A stretch of DNA of 64,000 nucleotides from the human T2T-CHM13v2.0 reference genome, Homo sapiens: assembly GCF_009914755.1 (NCBI RefSeq), contig NC_060925.1; one strand, written 5' to 3'. Position 1 is the first letter of the stretch. Each line of letters opens with the position of its first letter. Below the pieces are notes generated by a model. That model worked only from the letters and a program-made list of their open reading frames with translations, ran no database searches and was not told where the DNA came from. This document shows, piece after piece, positions 31,660 to 46,350 of this stretch. Both the position numbers and the translations under genes were made by a program.

Positions 31660-32780
31660 CCTGAGTGTCCCAAAAGCCCATCAAATTTAACATATGCAAA
31701 AGCTGAACCCATTGTTTTATACCTTGATTTCTCTGTTTGTTCTCTATCTCAATATGTGACACCTGCATTTACTCATTTCCTGAGATAAAATTTGTACCTC
31801 CCTACCCGCATTCAATCAGACAAAAAATTGTAAAGATTCTAGGTTGTTAATAATTTTTCAATCTGTCCAGTTCTTTTCATGCCTATGTCATTAACTTGGT
31901 GTAGGCAAATATTCTCTCTTGGTTGGATTACTACTCCTTGCCAGATTGGTTTCCTGCTTTTCATCTTGGCTTTTATTTCTTTTCTTTTCTTTTCTTTTCT
32001 TTTCTTTTTTCAGATGGATTCTCGCTCTGTCGCCCAGGCTGGAATGCAGTGGTGCAATTTCGGCACACTGCAACCTCCGCCTCCCAGGTTCATAGGATTC
32101 TCCTGCCTCAGCCTCCAGAGTAGCTGGGACTATAGGTGTGTGCCACCATGTCCGGCTAATTTTTGTATTTTTTTAGTAGAGACAGGGTTTCACCATATTG
32201 GCCAGACTGGATTCAAACTCCTGACCTCAGGTGATCCGCCCACCTTGGCCTACTAAAGTGCTGGGATTACAGGCATGAGCCACCGTCCCAGGCTCTTGGC
32301 CCTTTTATATACATTTTCCATATTCCCAGAGGGATTCTTTTAAAAAGCAAAGAGGATCTTGTGATATTCACCTTCATAAAGTAATTAAATGGCTCCTGGT
32401 AGCCTTACAAATGAAGTCCAAACCTTAGCAGGTATATGAGTCTTCTCATAATTTGTCCACTGGCGAGATCTCCACCCCATCTTTCTCCTTATCTGACTCC
32501 AGTCACACCAAATTACCTGGAATTCTCCAATGCCCAGTGCTCTCCTTCTTAACTATGGGCCTTTACTAATCGCAGCTTCTTTGTTGAGAATGATTTCCAG
32601 ATTCCCACCACAACCCCACTCACAACTCCACTAGACCTGGCTGACTCTTCCTTCAAGAACTCAGTTCAGAATACTTTTCAAGTTCTCCCTACCTGTTCCC
32701 AATATATTAATAGTTTATGTGCCTATTATCTGTGTTCTCACCATCATAACACTTTACAAAACATTTTATATTGTCATTAC
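31660..32780 (+). mobile_element. L2 remnant interrupted by AluSx
   Basis: TCAAATTTAACATATGCAAAAGCTGAACCCAT, AATGGCTCC..GCCTTACAAATGAAGTCCAAAC, TCCAGTCACACC; pyrimidine-rich. Confidence 0.65.
31977..32293 (-). mobile_element. AluSx
   Basis: Antisense Alu with CCTGACCTCAGGTGATCC; (TTTTC)n tail; TSD TCTTGGC(CC)TTTTAT at 31964 and 32294. Confidence 0.92.
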
Positions 32781-32786
32781 CTACTT

Positions 32787-33166
32787 AATGTTCGAAGTGG
32801 GGCCTGGTGGGAGGTGACTGGATTATGGGGACAGTTTTTTCATGGTTTAGCACCATCTCCTTGGTGCTGTTCTTATGATAGTGAGTGAGTTCTTATGAAA
32901 TCTGGTCGTTTAGAAGTATGTGGCACCTCCCTGCTCTCTCTCTCTCTCTCTCTCGCTCCTACTTTAGCCATGTAATACGATCCTGCTTCTCCTTTGCCTT
33001 CTGCCATGATTGTAAGTTTCCTGAAGCCTCCCCGGAAGCTGAGCAGATAGGCAGCATCATGCTTCCTGTATAGCCTGCAGAACTGTGAGCCAGTTAAACC
33101 TCTTTTCCTTATAAATTATCCAGTCTCAGATATTTCCTTACAGCAATGTGAAAATGGACTAATACA
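32787..33166 (+). mobile_element. MSTA-type MaLR solo LTR, 5' end missing
   Basis: GGGGCCTGGTGGGAGGTGACTGGATTATGGGG..GCCATGATTGTAAGTTTCCTGA..GGACTAATACA end; internal (CT)n. Confidence 0.88.
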
Positions 33167-34697
33167 TCATCAGTACTGTCTGTTCAAATAATACATGCCA
33201 TAAGTTTAATGTTCACTATATAAATTTTCACACTTTTAATTATCCTAAACATTCTTTTCTCAAGGTTTGAACTATCTGTACTAATATTTGTTGCCATATC
33301 AAATCTCAACTCTGAACCAGGCATTTGTGCTAGATCTTTTATTTGTACGGTCTAATTTAATCATTAATACCACCTTGGAAGAAAGTTACTGTCATTCCTG
33401 TATCACATTCTGTATCATCCTATATAAGAAAGCAAGGGTCTCTGAGATTAAATGTAACATAAAATGTAAAGCTACGTTAGACTGCAAGTATCAGAAACGC
33501 CAACAGAAAATGAAGAAAACTAAGCCTCTTGTCGTTCATCTTCAGCCTGACTTCACTGAGCAATATAATGCTATATTAGCTCTGGAATTCACATCTTCCC
33601 TTTTTAAGCTCAGTGGGTAATTTGAAAACCTGGGTACACAAAACCCTATATAATCTTCTCTTTTCTGGCCACAACTCTGCAGAAACAATTGTCTCCTTGT
33701 GATGAAGGAAGTACATACCATGAGGTCCTTGATTATTACCTGCCACCTTTCCTCTGATTGTTAGTTTGAATAGTAGCATTGCCATCCCGCAAAGCCTCAG
33801 ATTTCCAGTCCCTCAACCATCATAAATAGCAGACCCTAACCAAAATGGACATTTTAAGAAAAATTATATTTTCTTGTCTCCCTTCCTCCGGATAGGCTAG
33901 TTGCAACCAAGCTTTTCTGTTTCTTATAGATCCTTACTAAGTGAAAAATACAGCCAACGTATTCCAGCATTCTAAATTTTTTCTATGAAGTCCTAGTCCC
34001 TCTAGCCTCACTCAACTCATTGTCTAAATGCCACAACCCATCAAACAGTATTCTATTTAACTGTTTTACTACTGTGAGTAAGACTTGCCAGTCTCCCAGC
34101 CCAGTACACAGGGCACTTAGCCACTGTATACACTATTTCTACTAATCCAATTTCAAAATTTTAGGAACTATTACTCCTAACATTTCCATATTCTGACATC
34201 AAAATTATTAGAAGTACTGAATATAAAAACCAACCTCAAACTGCTTAAGTGAAAAAGAAATGTATTAATGTGTATAACTGATAATACTAAAATAGGGCAT
34301 TCCTCTGGCACAGATGAACATTAGGCACAAATAACATCATTAGCAATCACTTTTACACTTTCTTCAGGCCATGTCTTCTGTGAACAGGCTTCAGTGTCAA
34401 ATGGTATCGTGGCAACGAGGTTGCTGCTGCCCCACTAAATGTGGAATCTCTCAGGAAGAGCCTGGAGATGGGACACCACTTCTGCTCTAGCATTTCAAGA
34501 AAAACCTCATCACCCTTACTTGCCTTGGTTATGTCTCATGCCCACGCCTTCGCCAAATGTTGGAATCTGAAGCATCATGATGGAACAGTTAACTTTGGGC
34601 ATGTTCATTTACTCTGAGCCAGAGACAGGGTACATGATTCAAGTGTGTGGGAAGACAGTAAGGGAGAGATTAAAAAAAAAAAAGTGAAGTTGAAGAT

Positions 34698-35035
34698 TGT
34701 TTAGTCCTTTTGGGCTAATATAGCAAAATACCATAAACTGAGTATCTTATAAATAACATAAGTTTATTTTTCACAGTTCTAGAGGCTGAGAAGTCCAAGA
34801 TCAAGGCACCAGCAGATCCAGAGTCTGATGAACACCCACTTTCTCATAGATGGTACCTTCTTCCTGTGTCTTCACATGGTGGAAGAGAGAAAAAAGCTTC
34901 TTTGGGCATTTTTCTTTTTAAAGGCACTAATCCCATTCACGAGGGCAGAGCCTCCCAAAGGCCTCATCTCTTAATACCATCACATTAGGGATTAGGATTT
35001 AACATATGAATTTTGAAAACATTCAGACCACAGCA
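34698..35035 (-). mobile_element. MLT1A-type MaLR solo LTR, apparently inside an older MLT1 remnant (~34210-35095)
   Basis: AAAATACCATAAACTG..TCACAGTTCTAGAGGCTGAGAAGTCCAAGATCAAGGCACCAGCAGAT..GGCACTAATCCCATTCA..ATTCAGACCACAGCA. Confidence 0.85.
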
Positions 35036-38000
35036 CGGTTTTTGACTGAAAAGAAGAGGTAATGAGATGAAAGAGTAATAACAGAGGGCCACTACATTAA
35101 GGTTGAATAGCTAGCATGTAGCTAGAATATAATTTGATCCTACGTAAGTCTTTAAGTATACACTATACTGTATCCCTAAATCCAATATTAAAAGTTTTTT
35201 ATAACTAAATCAATTATCTAATTTCCTATATCATTTATAATTTGAAGATTTTCATTTTTCCAGAGAAGCACCTGAAAACTGTGTTCAATGTATTATATTA
35301 TATTATGTATGTAATTTTTATTATTGACACTTTCGGGTGGTTATTAACAACAATAAGATAAAATATATTTTCAACTTATTCTTGTGCCTGTCCTCTTCAA
35401 GAAATAGAATCTTCATACTTGTTAGCACACTTTAAAGGAGAAAATTTAAAGAGGGAGCACATAAATCTGTAATTGCCCACACAATTCTAAAGGAATAAAA
35501 TGTATCAAAATAGAAAAAAATCTTGATTTTGGCATAAAGTTTCCCTAATTAAACCAAAGAGGTGCATAATAAAAAGGAAAAAAAAAAACTAGTTTTTTTT
35601 TATAGTTTGAAAAGAAAGCAGAAGCAATATGAGTCAGACTACAGAATGAGCATGGACAGGAAAATTGTCAAAATGGACACTAACATATGTCCTGGAAAAC
35701 TCAGCCCTAAGGTGTACATTGACATTTAATGGTACAGCAACAAGGAGAAGTTATTTTTTTTTGGAATTATAAATAGGAATGAGGAAGAATAAGCTGAAAA
35801 TTGGATGAACACTTAAGTTCAACCATTCTTGAAGGTAGGACTGGTGGCATATGAGAAGCTTAGGGGGTCAGGTAATAGGCATTATTATAATTTGAAAAGT
35901 ATGAGCAACATAGCTACTTTCATCAATTCACTTAAGACTCCTTTTGAGAAAAGCCTTTAGTTTGCATCATTTCTTTATTAGATGAGAAAATACCTTGAAA
36001 TTAAACTAAACCTGAAATGATTTTGGATACAACCACTGTGAATATGCAGAATTTTAGAAAAGTTGGAAACTCTAAAAATTGCGAAAGCATTCTGAATCTG
36101 TTTAAGCTCTCTATAAAGTTCCTTGATTCGTGGATTACAAGAATTAATTAAATAAGCTATATACGCAACCAGAGGGACAACTATTCTCTAAATCTCTAAG
36201 CAGAACAAATATTTATATAATTATGTACAGTTTTCAGGGCCTCATCAAGATCCTCAATATGAAAAATGACATATTTTGTTGTGTTGAAAATTTCTGATTT
36301 ATGATATTGTTTCTGCTTAATTGAAGCATTTCATGTTTACATTATAAATATTTTAGTTTTATATGAAAGGGAATTTTCTAAACTTCATTTTAGGACTGGC
36401 TTTATAATTTATAGCATCTGAGAAACTTCATATATTTCTCTTTAATGTGGCTACATAATTGAAAATTACCTTTAGTGAATGTCATATTAATAATAAACAA
36501 CATTTGATAAGAGACAATGATAAATTACTTCAAGCAGGTTGGATTCTGCTCTCACTTTATATCCCTCCTCTGACTGCCCACTCAACACTGAGGACAGAGG
36601 TACACACATAGACAGAGCTAAGTTAATTTTTGTTAGATATAGTTTAGCAATTCAAAACAAATGGAAAAACAGCCATTGCATGCCTCCAGATTTTGCCTTC
36701 ATGATTTCAACTCATAATTTTCTATGCAATGTTATTTGTTCCAGATAGCATAGTTATATTGTATGGTACGTATAATGCAGCATAGATAATCAAAATTATA
36801 TATTAAGCTTAATTCATTCAACAAATACCTATTGAGCTTCTGTTAGATGTCAGACAATATTTGAGAACTAGAAATATATTAGTAAACAAAGCATGGATTT
36901 TGCACTCAGAACATGAGGAGATAAGAGTTGAAGAAATCTCTTAATACAGTGTGTTAGAGCCTAGACTTTTTGTACATTTTTCTAATTTCTTGTTAAATTT
37001 GTCTTTTTAAAACACAGGAAGAAAAATAGTATAGATTTCAATAGATATAAAATGGCTCAATTTAGGCTTCCATTTGTGTGAATTAGTAATTTTAGGATAG
37101 AATCTTTCTCTTAATGTAAAAAAATTTCCACATATTTATTATAATAATGCCTATAGTATTGTTTTACCAAAAATATAGATTACATAACCATAATAATCAT
37201 TCCTTCATTTAACCAATGAATGTTGGTATTGTTGTATGCATTAAAATCATTTGATCTATACATCTTTAGTACTGCTATTGTTACTATATAACTTTTTTGA
37301 AACCTGTGTAAACCCCAAAATTTATATATTACAATTTCTTACAAATGTAATTGTGGAATTGGCATAGAGCACATATCATCTGTTTTGCTGCAGTTAATTC
37401 ACAAAATATGAAGCAAATTCGGGTATAGGGTTATTGAGAAGACCACAGAATCACAAGTCGGAAGTTCTCTATTTAAAGCTTTCCTAGACTGTTTTTTTTT
37501 TTAACTTTTCACAGTCACTTTAAATCTCTCAACCTCACTTTCTCATCTATAAGATGGAGAGAATATATTTGCATTATTTGTATGGATTGCTTAGAGCATC
37601 AGTTAGAAAACATTTTTGAATGCACATACTTTATGTTATCTAAAACTCTATGTAAATCATGACTATTAAATTATTGCAGTTTTATGTTGATTTCATTAAC
37701 TTATTAGGTTTAGCAACTTATTTCATTTACATAGTTCCTTTCTATGAAAAATAAAACAACATTTTACAACATGAACCATAAATAATAGCAATAACTTTGT
37801 AATTACTGAGAAGATTATTAAGAGGAATAAAAAATAAATAAGGCACTGTCTTAAAAAGTTATTATGTCACATTTTATATTGGAAAAAGTGTGCTCTATAG
37901 TCAAAAAAAGGAGAAAAAGATACTTTTTTTCTGTATACTTTCCTCTAAGATATATTGCTAATATTCTCAGGAAGGAGACAAGTCCAACATTGAGAAGCTG

Positions 38001-38104
38001 ATGTCTTAGAACCCACTGTCTTAATTCAACTTTCTTTCTCCTGGGAGTGTTATGGGTTGTGGGAGAAATACCAGCTATTTGGAACTTTCTACACATAGGC
38101 TTTT

Positions 38105-38380
38105 TATTCATTCATTCATTCTGCAAATATTTATTGAGCATCTTCTATATGCCCACATTCTAACCAGCAAATACAAAGATTAATAAGTCATGGTTCCTGC
38201 CACCAAGTAGCTCACAGTCTATCAGAAAAAAAAGTTAATAAATGTATTATTTTTAAGGTGTTTTTCTGACTACTATCTACAATACCCATTTAAGTAGAGT
38301 ACTGCTCTAAGGACTATCAGGACAGAGAGGCAACTCTATTCAGACTAGAGGCAAGGTAAATGCTATTAAAAGAGCAGTAA
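38105..38380 (-). mobile_element. L2 3' fragment
   Basis: ATTCATTCATTCATTCTGCAAATATTTATTGAGCATCT..CATGGTTCCTGCC..AGCTCACAGTCTA. Confidence 0.8.
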
Positions 38381-39407
38381 GAGTTAATAATACACAAGCA
38401 TACACATGCACAAACATACCACTCATAAGCCCACGTTCAGTATGGGTGTATGTTTCAAAAGCAGGAAATGCACTGTAGAGGCAAAACCTCATGCTTATGA
38501 AACTTTTAAGTCTTCTCAATGGCTTAGATCAGTTCTATAAAATATGTGATATCTGGAAGACAAAATAAAATATACAAGTATAATTAAATAATGCTGAATA
38601 AATATTTCTCCTTCTAATAAATTTTGTGAATGTATTGGAAAAATTTTTAATGCATCCTCAGAAGTATTATGGAAACCAAATAAATCATTGAAATGCCTAA
38701 ATAATCAAATCAAAGGCTATTTTCCTTAACTTCTTTTTTCTGGTTTAGGTCTCAGAATTCTGGTAATTTTTATCTGGGTGAATTATCCATGTTTTTAACT
38801 CTCTAATAACTTGAATAAAGCTGTAAAGGACAGCTTGGGTAGGTGTTTGCCTGTGCTTGCAGAAAAGATTGTTGTTTGGGTATTTGTTTTGGAAAGAAGA
38901 GGTTGAACACTTCTCAGAGAACCAACAAATCAGCTGCTTAGTAATTTTAATCTTGAACTTTTGGAAATGATTCCAACCTTTTTATAACGGTTTCAGTAAA
39001 GATTTCTTACTAAGATTCTGCCTAACAGTACTCTTCAGTCAGGTATGTTGGACATTGCTGTGAATACTGGGAAACAACCCAAGAAGAATAAATTATAACT
39101 TTAAAATCTAAGCCAAAATACACACCCATTTAAAATACTGCTCTGTAATGTTTGGCTCATGTGAAGAAGGTGTATACTTTTAATTCACTGGAAGTATAGC
39201 TGAATAACACTTTTAGATTATTTTCTGATTAATTCTCATTTCCAGGTAAGGAATAACGAAAGTATAGTGGTTTATCTCGGTACCTGCTTTTTCATGTACC
39301 TCTCCCAAACACTTCCTTCCACCTGCCTTTGACATCATAAACCTAGGTTCTTAGCCTGAGGCCTCTCATTCTTAATCCTTGAATTCCCATATCATATGGT
39401 AGTCCAT

Positions 39408-39485
39408 TGTCTTAGGTTGGATTCCCTTGATGCACACTCTGACAGAATTCCATATGAAAAAAAAATCTGTATCTATCTATATATC

Positions 39486-39520
<35 letters not shown>

Positions 39521-39940
39521 AATCATCTATCTATCTATCTCTCTATCTATCTCTATATCTACCTACCTACTAGGGAAATGAGAAGAAAATGAGGCCATGT
39601 AACAGTGCAATATCGAGTAAGTCCTATGGAAGATATCTTTGGCTCAATCCTGCAGTGGAACTCTGCAAACACCCTAGATCAATCACACCTCAGAGTTGTC
39701 CTTACCAGAAGATAGAATATTAAGACCTATCTGTCAGTTGTTTTAAGTGCTGTCTCTAGGGGACAGTAATTCCCAGTCACTGATGATTATCAGGGAGCAT
39801 AGGTAGTGGTGGTTCTAACATCCTAAGGATAGTCCTTAAGAATGAGACACTAATGCTAACTGGTGGGAAGGAAAACCCACTGGGAGCCTGTGTGCATGAA
39901 AATAGTCCAGGGATACTAGGGTATATGGGTGGTGTTTTTA
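39408..39940. mobile_element. Old ERVL-class LTR remnant (LTR33/LTR41-like)
   Basis: TGTCTTAGGTTGGATTCCC..CTCTGACAG start and GGCTCAATCCTGC.G.GGAACTCTG..CACACCTCAGAGTTGTCC; family assignment uncertain. Confidence 0.45.
39470..39571 (+). repeat. Compound (TATC)n tetranucleotide microsatellite
   Basis: Direct read; longest pure run ~39488-39520. Confidence 0.93.
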
Positions 39941-40056
39941 TAGAAGTAACCAAGTATTGTCAAGTATTTAAAAACACACTTTAGATACCAGACAATCAGG
40001 ATCAATTTCGGCAATTGCCACTAATTAACTGAGCAATATTGGACATTAGGTTATAT

Positions 40057-40620
40057 TGTCAGGTTTCTTCTGATGTAAGCCAGCATGATAAAAAGCCAAA
40101 ATGAGCCCATTTTAGCCAAATAAATGAAAATTTATCTGTTCATATAGTTAAATCACCACCTTAGCTAAGGGTAGAGTTTTGCCTTAAGGATCAGAGGAAT
40201 CAGGGCTCTGATACTAACCAGTACTAACCAGCAATGCTTTTCTCTAACATCTCTTCTTTGTGTGCCAGATTCATTTTCTTCCATGTAGTAGTAGGCAATA
40301 TTGCCTCTATCAACTCTTGATTTTAAGCCTCACAATTTCACCCACATTTGCTCATGGTTTCAATTTTAAATGGCAGTAAAGAAAGAACTTTACTTGGCTA
40401 GATTTGATTTTTTTTAAAAAAACTTACCTCTTCTATAATCACTGTGGCCAGAGAAAGAGTTATTGCATTTACACGGACATGCAACCATCTTAGAGAGATA
40501 CTTGTGGCCATGAAAGTGAGGTCATGTAATATTATAGAAGTTCTTATTTGGATAATATGGTTAGAAAGGGTAAAGTATAATTCTCCCGAAGTAAGAAGGT
40601 CAGATCTCAGAAACAACAAA
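40057..40620 (-). mobile_element. Old MaLR LTR remnant (MLT1J/K-like)
   Basis: TGTCAGGTTTCTTCTGATGTAAGC.. start; ACTTGGCTAGATTTG..ACTTACCTC..AATCACTGTGGCCAG; flanked by MIR-like halves. Confidence 0.45.
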
Positions 40621-42299
40621 GTAAACTGAGCAAAGCAAATAATACATTTCTATGTCATCTGAGCTTTAGTTTACTAATTAATAAAATGCAGTCCAAAATA
40701 TTTATTACATTCACTTAACAATTTTTTTTCAAGTATTACATATGATAATATCATCAAAATTGCTTTACAAATTATGAAGTTTAGCTAGTAAGTATTAAAT
40801 ACCACTCACATAGGATATTGAAACTTCTCTCAGTCCCGTTCATCTACAATGTTTTTATATTACCAATAAGTACTAAAAGGTTAACTAAGAATTAGGCAAG
40901 AACCTAGAGTCTTCTATCCTATACTTTAGTAAACAAAACTTAGGTTTAGTTTCCGTGACAAGTTTGGAGCCGTAAATCTTGGTAGCATCCAGCTTTATTT
41001 TTAAGACAGGTGAATCATTCATACGGAAACAGGAAGAAGTCGATGGTTTTCTCACCATTATTTTTATAAATGCTATTAGGCAAGTTATCTTAACAATTAG
41101 AAATATCATTAGGGCATCAACATATCAGCTGTCATAGGGATTTCCTTGAAAAAAGCAATCTCCAGGAAGCATATAAAAAATGTCTATCTTTTGCAAAACA
41201 AAACATAACATAACAAAAGGGAAAAAATAAATAAAATAAGATGCCATTTGGACTATTAATTTCCATACTGCCTCAAGTTACTCAAACCAAAAACCTTTCC
41301 TAATACCATCAGTCCCAAAATTTGGTTCAACAGCATTCACAGACTTTACTCAAGGTTTGCTCTGACCTAGCTACTAGTGATTATTCAATACAGAGGGAAA
41401 CATTAAGAGAAAATTCTAAATCTTAAAGGTCTCATAGTGAAATGAAGAGGTCAAATTCTCCCTTTCAATCTGCCGTTGTCCTCCTTATTTCTACTATGCC
41501 CTTTCCCCTGTGCTCCAGATCTTACCTCATTATGCTTATATTACGGCATTAGTCTTGTAATTGGTCTTTATGTTTCCAGTGTTTCCTTCAATCTAACACC
41601 AGTCACACTAATTTTTCTAAAACAATTTTTTTTACTATATCATTTCTCTTAAGAAAAAAATAAACATCTATGGCTCTAAAGTTTTAAAACAATAATGTTT
41701 ATTTACTTACAGAATTTTAGAGCTATAGGGATGCTTAAAGTGTTTGCCCTAAATTCAACTCAATTTGGGATAACTTTTTCTCATGAGTCAGGCTAACACT
41801 TAATAAGCTAACAAAAACATTTTATTTAAAGTCCTGGATACTAGACAAAAATTATGGGATTGTCAGCATCTTTATGTTGTAGCATTGATTAGCAAAATTA
41901 AAATTTTGAACAATCATAGAAATGTGAATGAGAAACACAGATAAAATTTGGTGTATATGAGTAAAGAATAGAACAACTGAAGGCTGGAAGATCAGTTAGG
42001 AGGCTTAAACAACTATCTAGGCAAGATTTCATAATAGTTGAAATTTGAATGATGGCAGTGAAAATGGAAAGTAAAGTGCAGATGCAAAAGACATTATGAA
42101 AGATAAATTGTCAGAACTTAATGACTGGGCCAAGTGAGAGGGATATATGAAAACTATCTTGAGGTTTTGGCTCTGAGAGAATGGTGGTGCATACTACAAC
42201 CAGAATAAGAAAAATCAAATGGAGAAGTAAATTTGTTAAAGTTTCTTGACAAGAAATGATGTGCTCTGTTTTCAAAACATTAAATATTCCTGAACTTGG

Positions 42300-42765
42300 C
42301 ATTTGTTGTTCTACACCATTACCGTTTACCTGGTAAGAGCAAGTACATTTTTCTTTGGGAAACCACTGCTCCTTCATCCTTACCTGACCCCTCCCCCAGC
42401 TATAAGGATAGATCACCAGTCTTCCAAGGAAAGCATTGCATTTCCTTGGGCCCAGTGATTAATTCAGAGCAAACATGACCCAGTTGGAGGCAATATTACA
42501 AAATGAGGTTTTGCTCAAACAGTTGGGAAACAAAGCACTTTTTCTATTGATTCACCAGCAGTTAGTATGGTGTGGTTGGTAAAAATGAAGGCAAGCCAAC
42601 AAAAGGTAATGCCAAAAGTGGATTGAGCCTGGTTCCTGATGACATCCTTTGAAACCCTAATTCAAGTCTCCTTCCAGATTTTCAGAACATGAGAGAACAC
42701 ATTCCCTTTGGACTTAAATAATTTGGGTGGAGATGCTTGTCTGACAACTAAAAAAGCCACAACAC
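42300..42765 (+). mobile_element. MLT1K-like MaLR LTR remnant
   Basis: CAGTGATTAATTCAG..CATGACCCA..TCCTGATGACATC.TTTGA..CAGATTTTCAG..CATGAG..ATTCCCTTT..GACAACTAAAAAAG. Confidence 0.55.
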
Positions 42766-43671
42766 TTGCTTTACAAAAGCATTTACAAAAATTAAATTTC
42801 TTACTTTAAAAACAAATCAGGAAGACAGAAAAAAAAGAAAGAAAATAGCTTCCTAGACAGCTACAATCTTATTATATATGAAAAATATATATTTGCCCAT
42901 TTTTAAAAAGGCAAACATCTGTTGAGATTTTTTTTTTATTTCTTTCTGATCTTTCCAAGTACATGTCATACTTCTGTGGGCATGTGCAGATGCTAAACTA
43001 TATCATTACATTTATTTTATATTGTAATCTTCCTCTGAATCCATAGCAAGTCTGTCTTTGACATGTGTTCTCTTACAGGCCCACAAATTACTACTGGAAT
43101 GGTAATAGTATATTCCCTCTTTGGGGAGTTTCGGCATTTCCAAAGAGGACCATGTCTTCATTTGTGTCTTGTCTTTTCCATTAGAATTCCAGGGAATAAA
43201 ACACCAGAATCAAGAGCAGGAAAATGAATGCTTGAGTAACTGGCATCATCAGTACATATGGTACACTTCATTTGATACTTTCTTTAAAAAGTGAAACCAA
43301 AGTCTACATTTTTGACAAAAATAACTGGCTGTTATTTTCAATTGATCTTTTATTTTTTTAATACTGGTATTCTTTTAAGTAATTCTCTACTTTTTTGCTT
43401 AAGTAAATCATTTGCTTGAAATTTAATGTGTGTGTGTGCATACACATTGCTTAAGGACAAAGATACCATTCTGAGAAATGCATCATTCGGTGATTTTGTC
43501 TCTGTGAACATTACAGTGTACTTAAACAAACATAGTGTAGTCTACTGTACACCCAGGCTATACTGCATAACCTATTGTTCCTAGGCTACAATCCTGTACA
43601 GCATGTTACTGTACTGAAAACTGTAGGCAATTATAACACAATGGTAAGTATTTGTATAGTTAAACATGTCT

Positions 43672-44371
<700 letters not shown>

Positions 44372-44994
44372 ATATCTAAACATAAAAAGATACAGCACAA
44401 ATATGGTATTGTAATGTTATAGGATCACCATAATACATGCAATCCATCATTGACCAAAATGTTGTCATGTGGGACACGACCGTATATCCTAGAATAGATT
44501 ATTAATGAAGAAAAATATGTATAAAGAAAGGCTTCTGTTTATATATACATACCAAAAATTATCATACTGCAATTATATATAAATATATATTTTATACAAA
44601 AGCAGATTTCCTTGTTCATAGAATTATATTTTGCCAATGAAAGAATGGCAATAAATATACCTTTGTTATTTCTCAGCACAATTATCTTTCTTGTCTTTTC
44701 TTCAGTGCAAAATTGCACTCAATAGTTCATTATCTGGGAAGACTCAATCGGGAAACAAGTATTTCTTAAGCCCTAGTTATGTTTTTTCAGCATTACAAGG
44801 AATTCAGAGTAAGTATATAATAAAATCTCCTTATCAGAGTTCAAAATCTAGTAATAGAAAGTAAATGGCAGAATTGAGGAGGCAATGCTAAGCTGAAGGA
44901 AAGGCACTGGATTGCTTGCTTGGCAAGTATACAAGCTGAAACAGCCAAGATGAAGACCGGCAACTTTTAAAACTTTCCCACTAACGTGGGACAC

Positions 44995-45890
44995 TCAGGA
45001 TGTGTAAAACAGAATTTCTGATCTTTCCTCTAATGCCCCCACCCCCAACAAAATCTGCCCTTATTCCCACTTTTGCTACCTCAATTACTGACTGCTCATC
45101 TTTCCTTTGCTCATACCAAAACTCTTAGGTCCGTCTTCAAGTCCATTAATTCTCTCACATGTACATCTATTCTGAAAAGAAATCCTGTTAGATCCACCTC
45201 TGAATTATCTTCAGACTGATTACTTCCCACTCTCACCACTCTTTGGTTCCTACCACGTCTCTCATGTGCTACTGAAGTCACTTCCTAACTGGTCATTATG
45301 CTTCTGCCCTGTTCCTTTACAGTCTCTTCTTAAGACAGTAGCCAGTGTTATCTTTTTACAACATGCCTGGTAATGTCACTTCTCTGCTCAGCATAAGTAA
45401 AAGTCTCCATGAGGGTCTACAATGCTCTGCAAGCCCTGCTACCTCTCTGACCTCTCCTGCGTTTTACTGTCCCCCTTTTCACAGTGGCCTTTTTGCTGCT
45501 ACTCAAACATGTCAGTTAATAGCCACCTTAGGAACTATATTCTGGCTCTTCTCTTTGCCAGGAAAGTTCCCCAACTCTATGACTATTTTCAAGTCTTTGC
45601 CAAATTATAATTTTTAAAAAATAAACCATACTCTGATGATCCATTTAAAATTGCAACCTCAGATATTTTCAATCAATCTTCACTGTACACTCTATTTTTC
45701 CATAGCACTTGTCACTTTCTTAGTAATGTTAAATGGTCCATTTGTTTATTCTATTTATTGACGGTCTCTGCCTGATCTAACATATAAGCTCCACACAGGC
45801 AGAAGTCCTTGTCTGTTTTGTTCACTAATTTGTTCCAAGAACCTGGAACAGTTGCTCGATACATATTTTTGGAATTAAATAAATGAATAT
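44995..45890 (+). mobile_element. L2 remnant with 3' end
   Basis: CATGTCACTTCTCTGCTCA-like, CCATAGCACTTGTCAC, ATAAGCTCCAC..AGGCAG..TTGTCTGTTTTGTTCACT, ends AATAAATGAAT. Confidence 0.8.
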
Positions 45891-45999
45891 GGCACAATGC
45901 CTAGAGAAGATAAGGGATAAATAATTTGGAGCCAAATTGTCTTACTTCTCATTTAAATCTATTTTTGATCATTTCACAACGTTTTATTTAGTCAATACA

Positions 46000-46350
46000 G
46001 CAACATCATACAGTGGATAATATTATCATCTCATTTTACACATGAGGAAATTAAAATATGTAATTAATTAACTAAGGTACTGAAACAAATTTCCCAAAGT
46101 CACTTAAGTGATAGGTGATAAGCTCAGAATTTGCATTCATGTTACCTGAGGCCAGAGCCAAGAATTTTTAATACTCTGCTATGTGGACTTTAACGACTTG
46201 CTTTGCCTTTGGGGCAGGTCAATCATGTACATTCTATGAGCTTTTTTTCTCTCACCAGTTAAGCAGGGATACTAATCCCTCTCACACATCATTGTGGTAA
46301 GTGACAGAAATATTTGTAAGTGTCTAGTAAATAATAGGCAATCATTAACT
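46000..46350. mobile_element. Two adjacent MIR remnants in opposite orientation
   Basis: ATTATCATCTCATTTTACACATGAGGAAA (antisense core) then CTTTGGGGCAGGTCA..GGGATACTAAT..CACATCATTGTGG (sense-like). Confidence 0.5.

Noticed and set aside
35580-35601. Palindrome A9-CTAG-T9
   Set aside because: Explained by homopolymer slippage; low information content.
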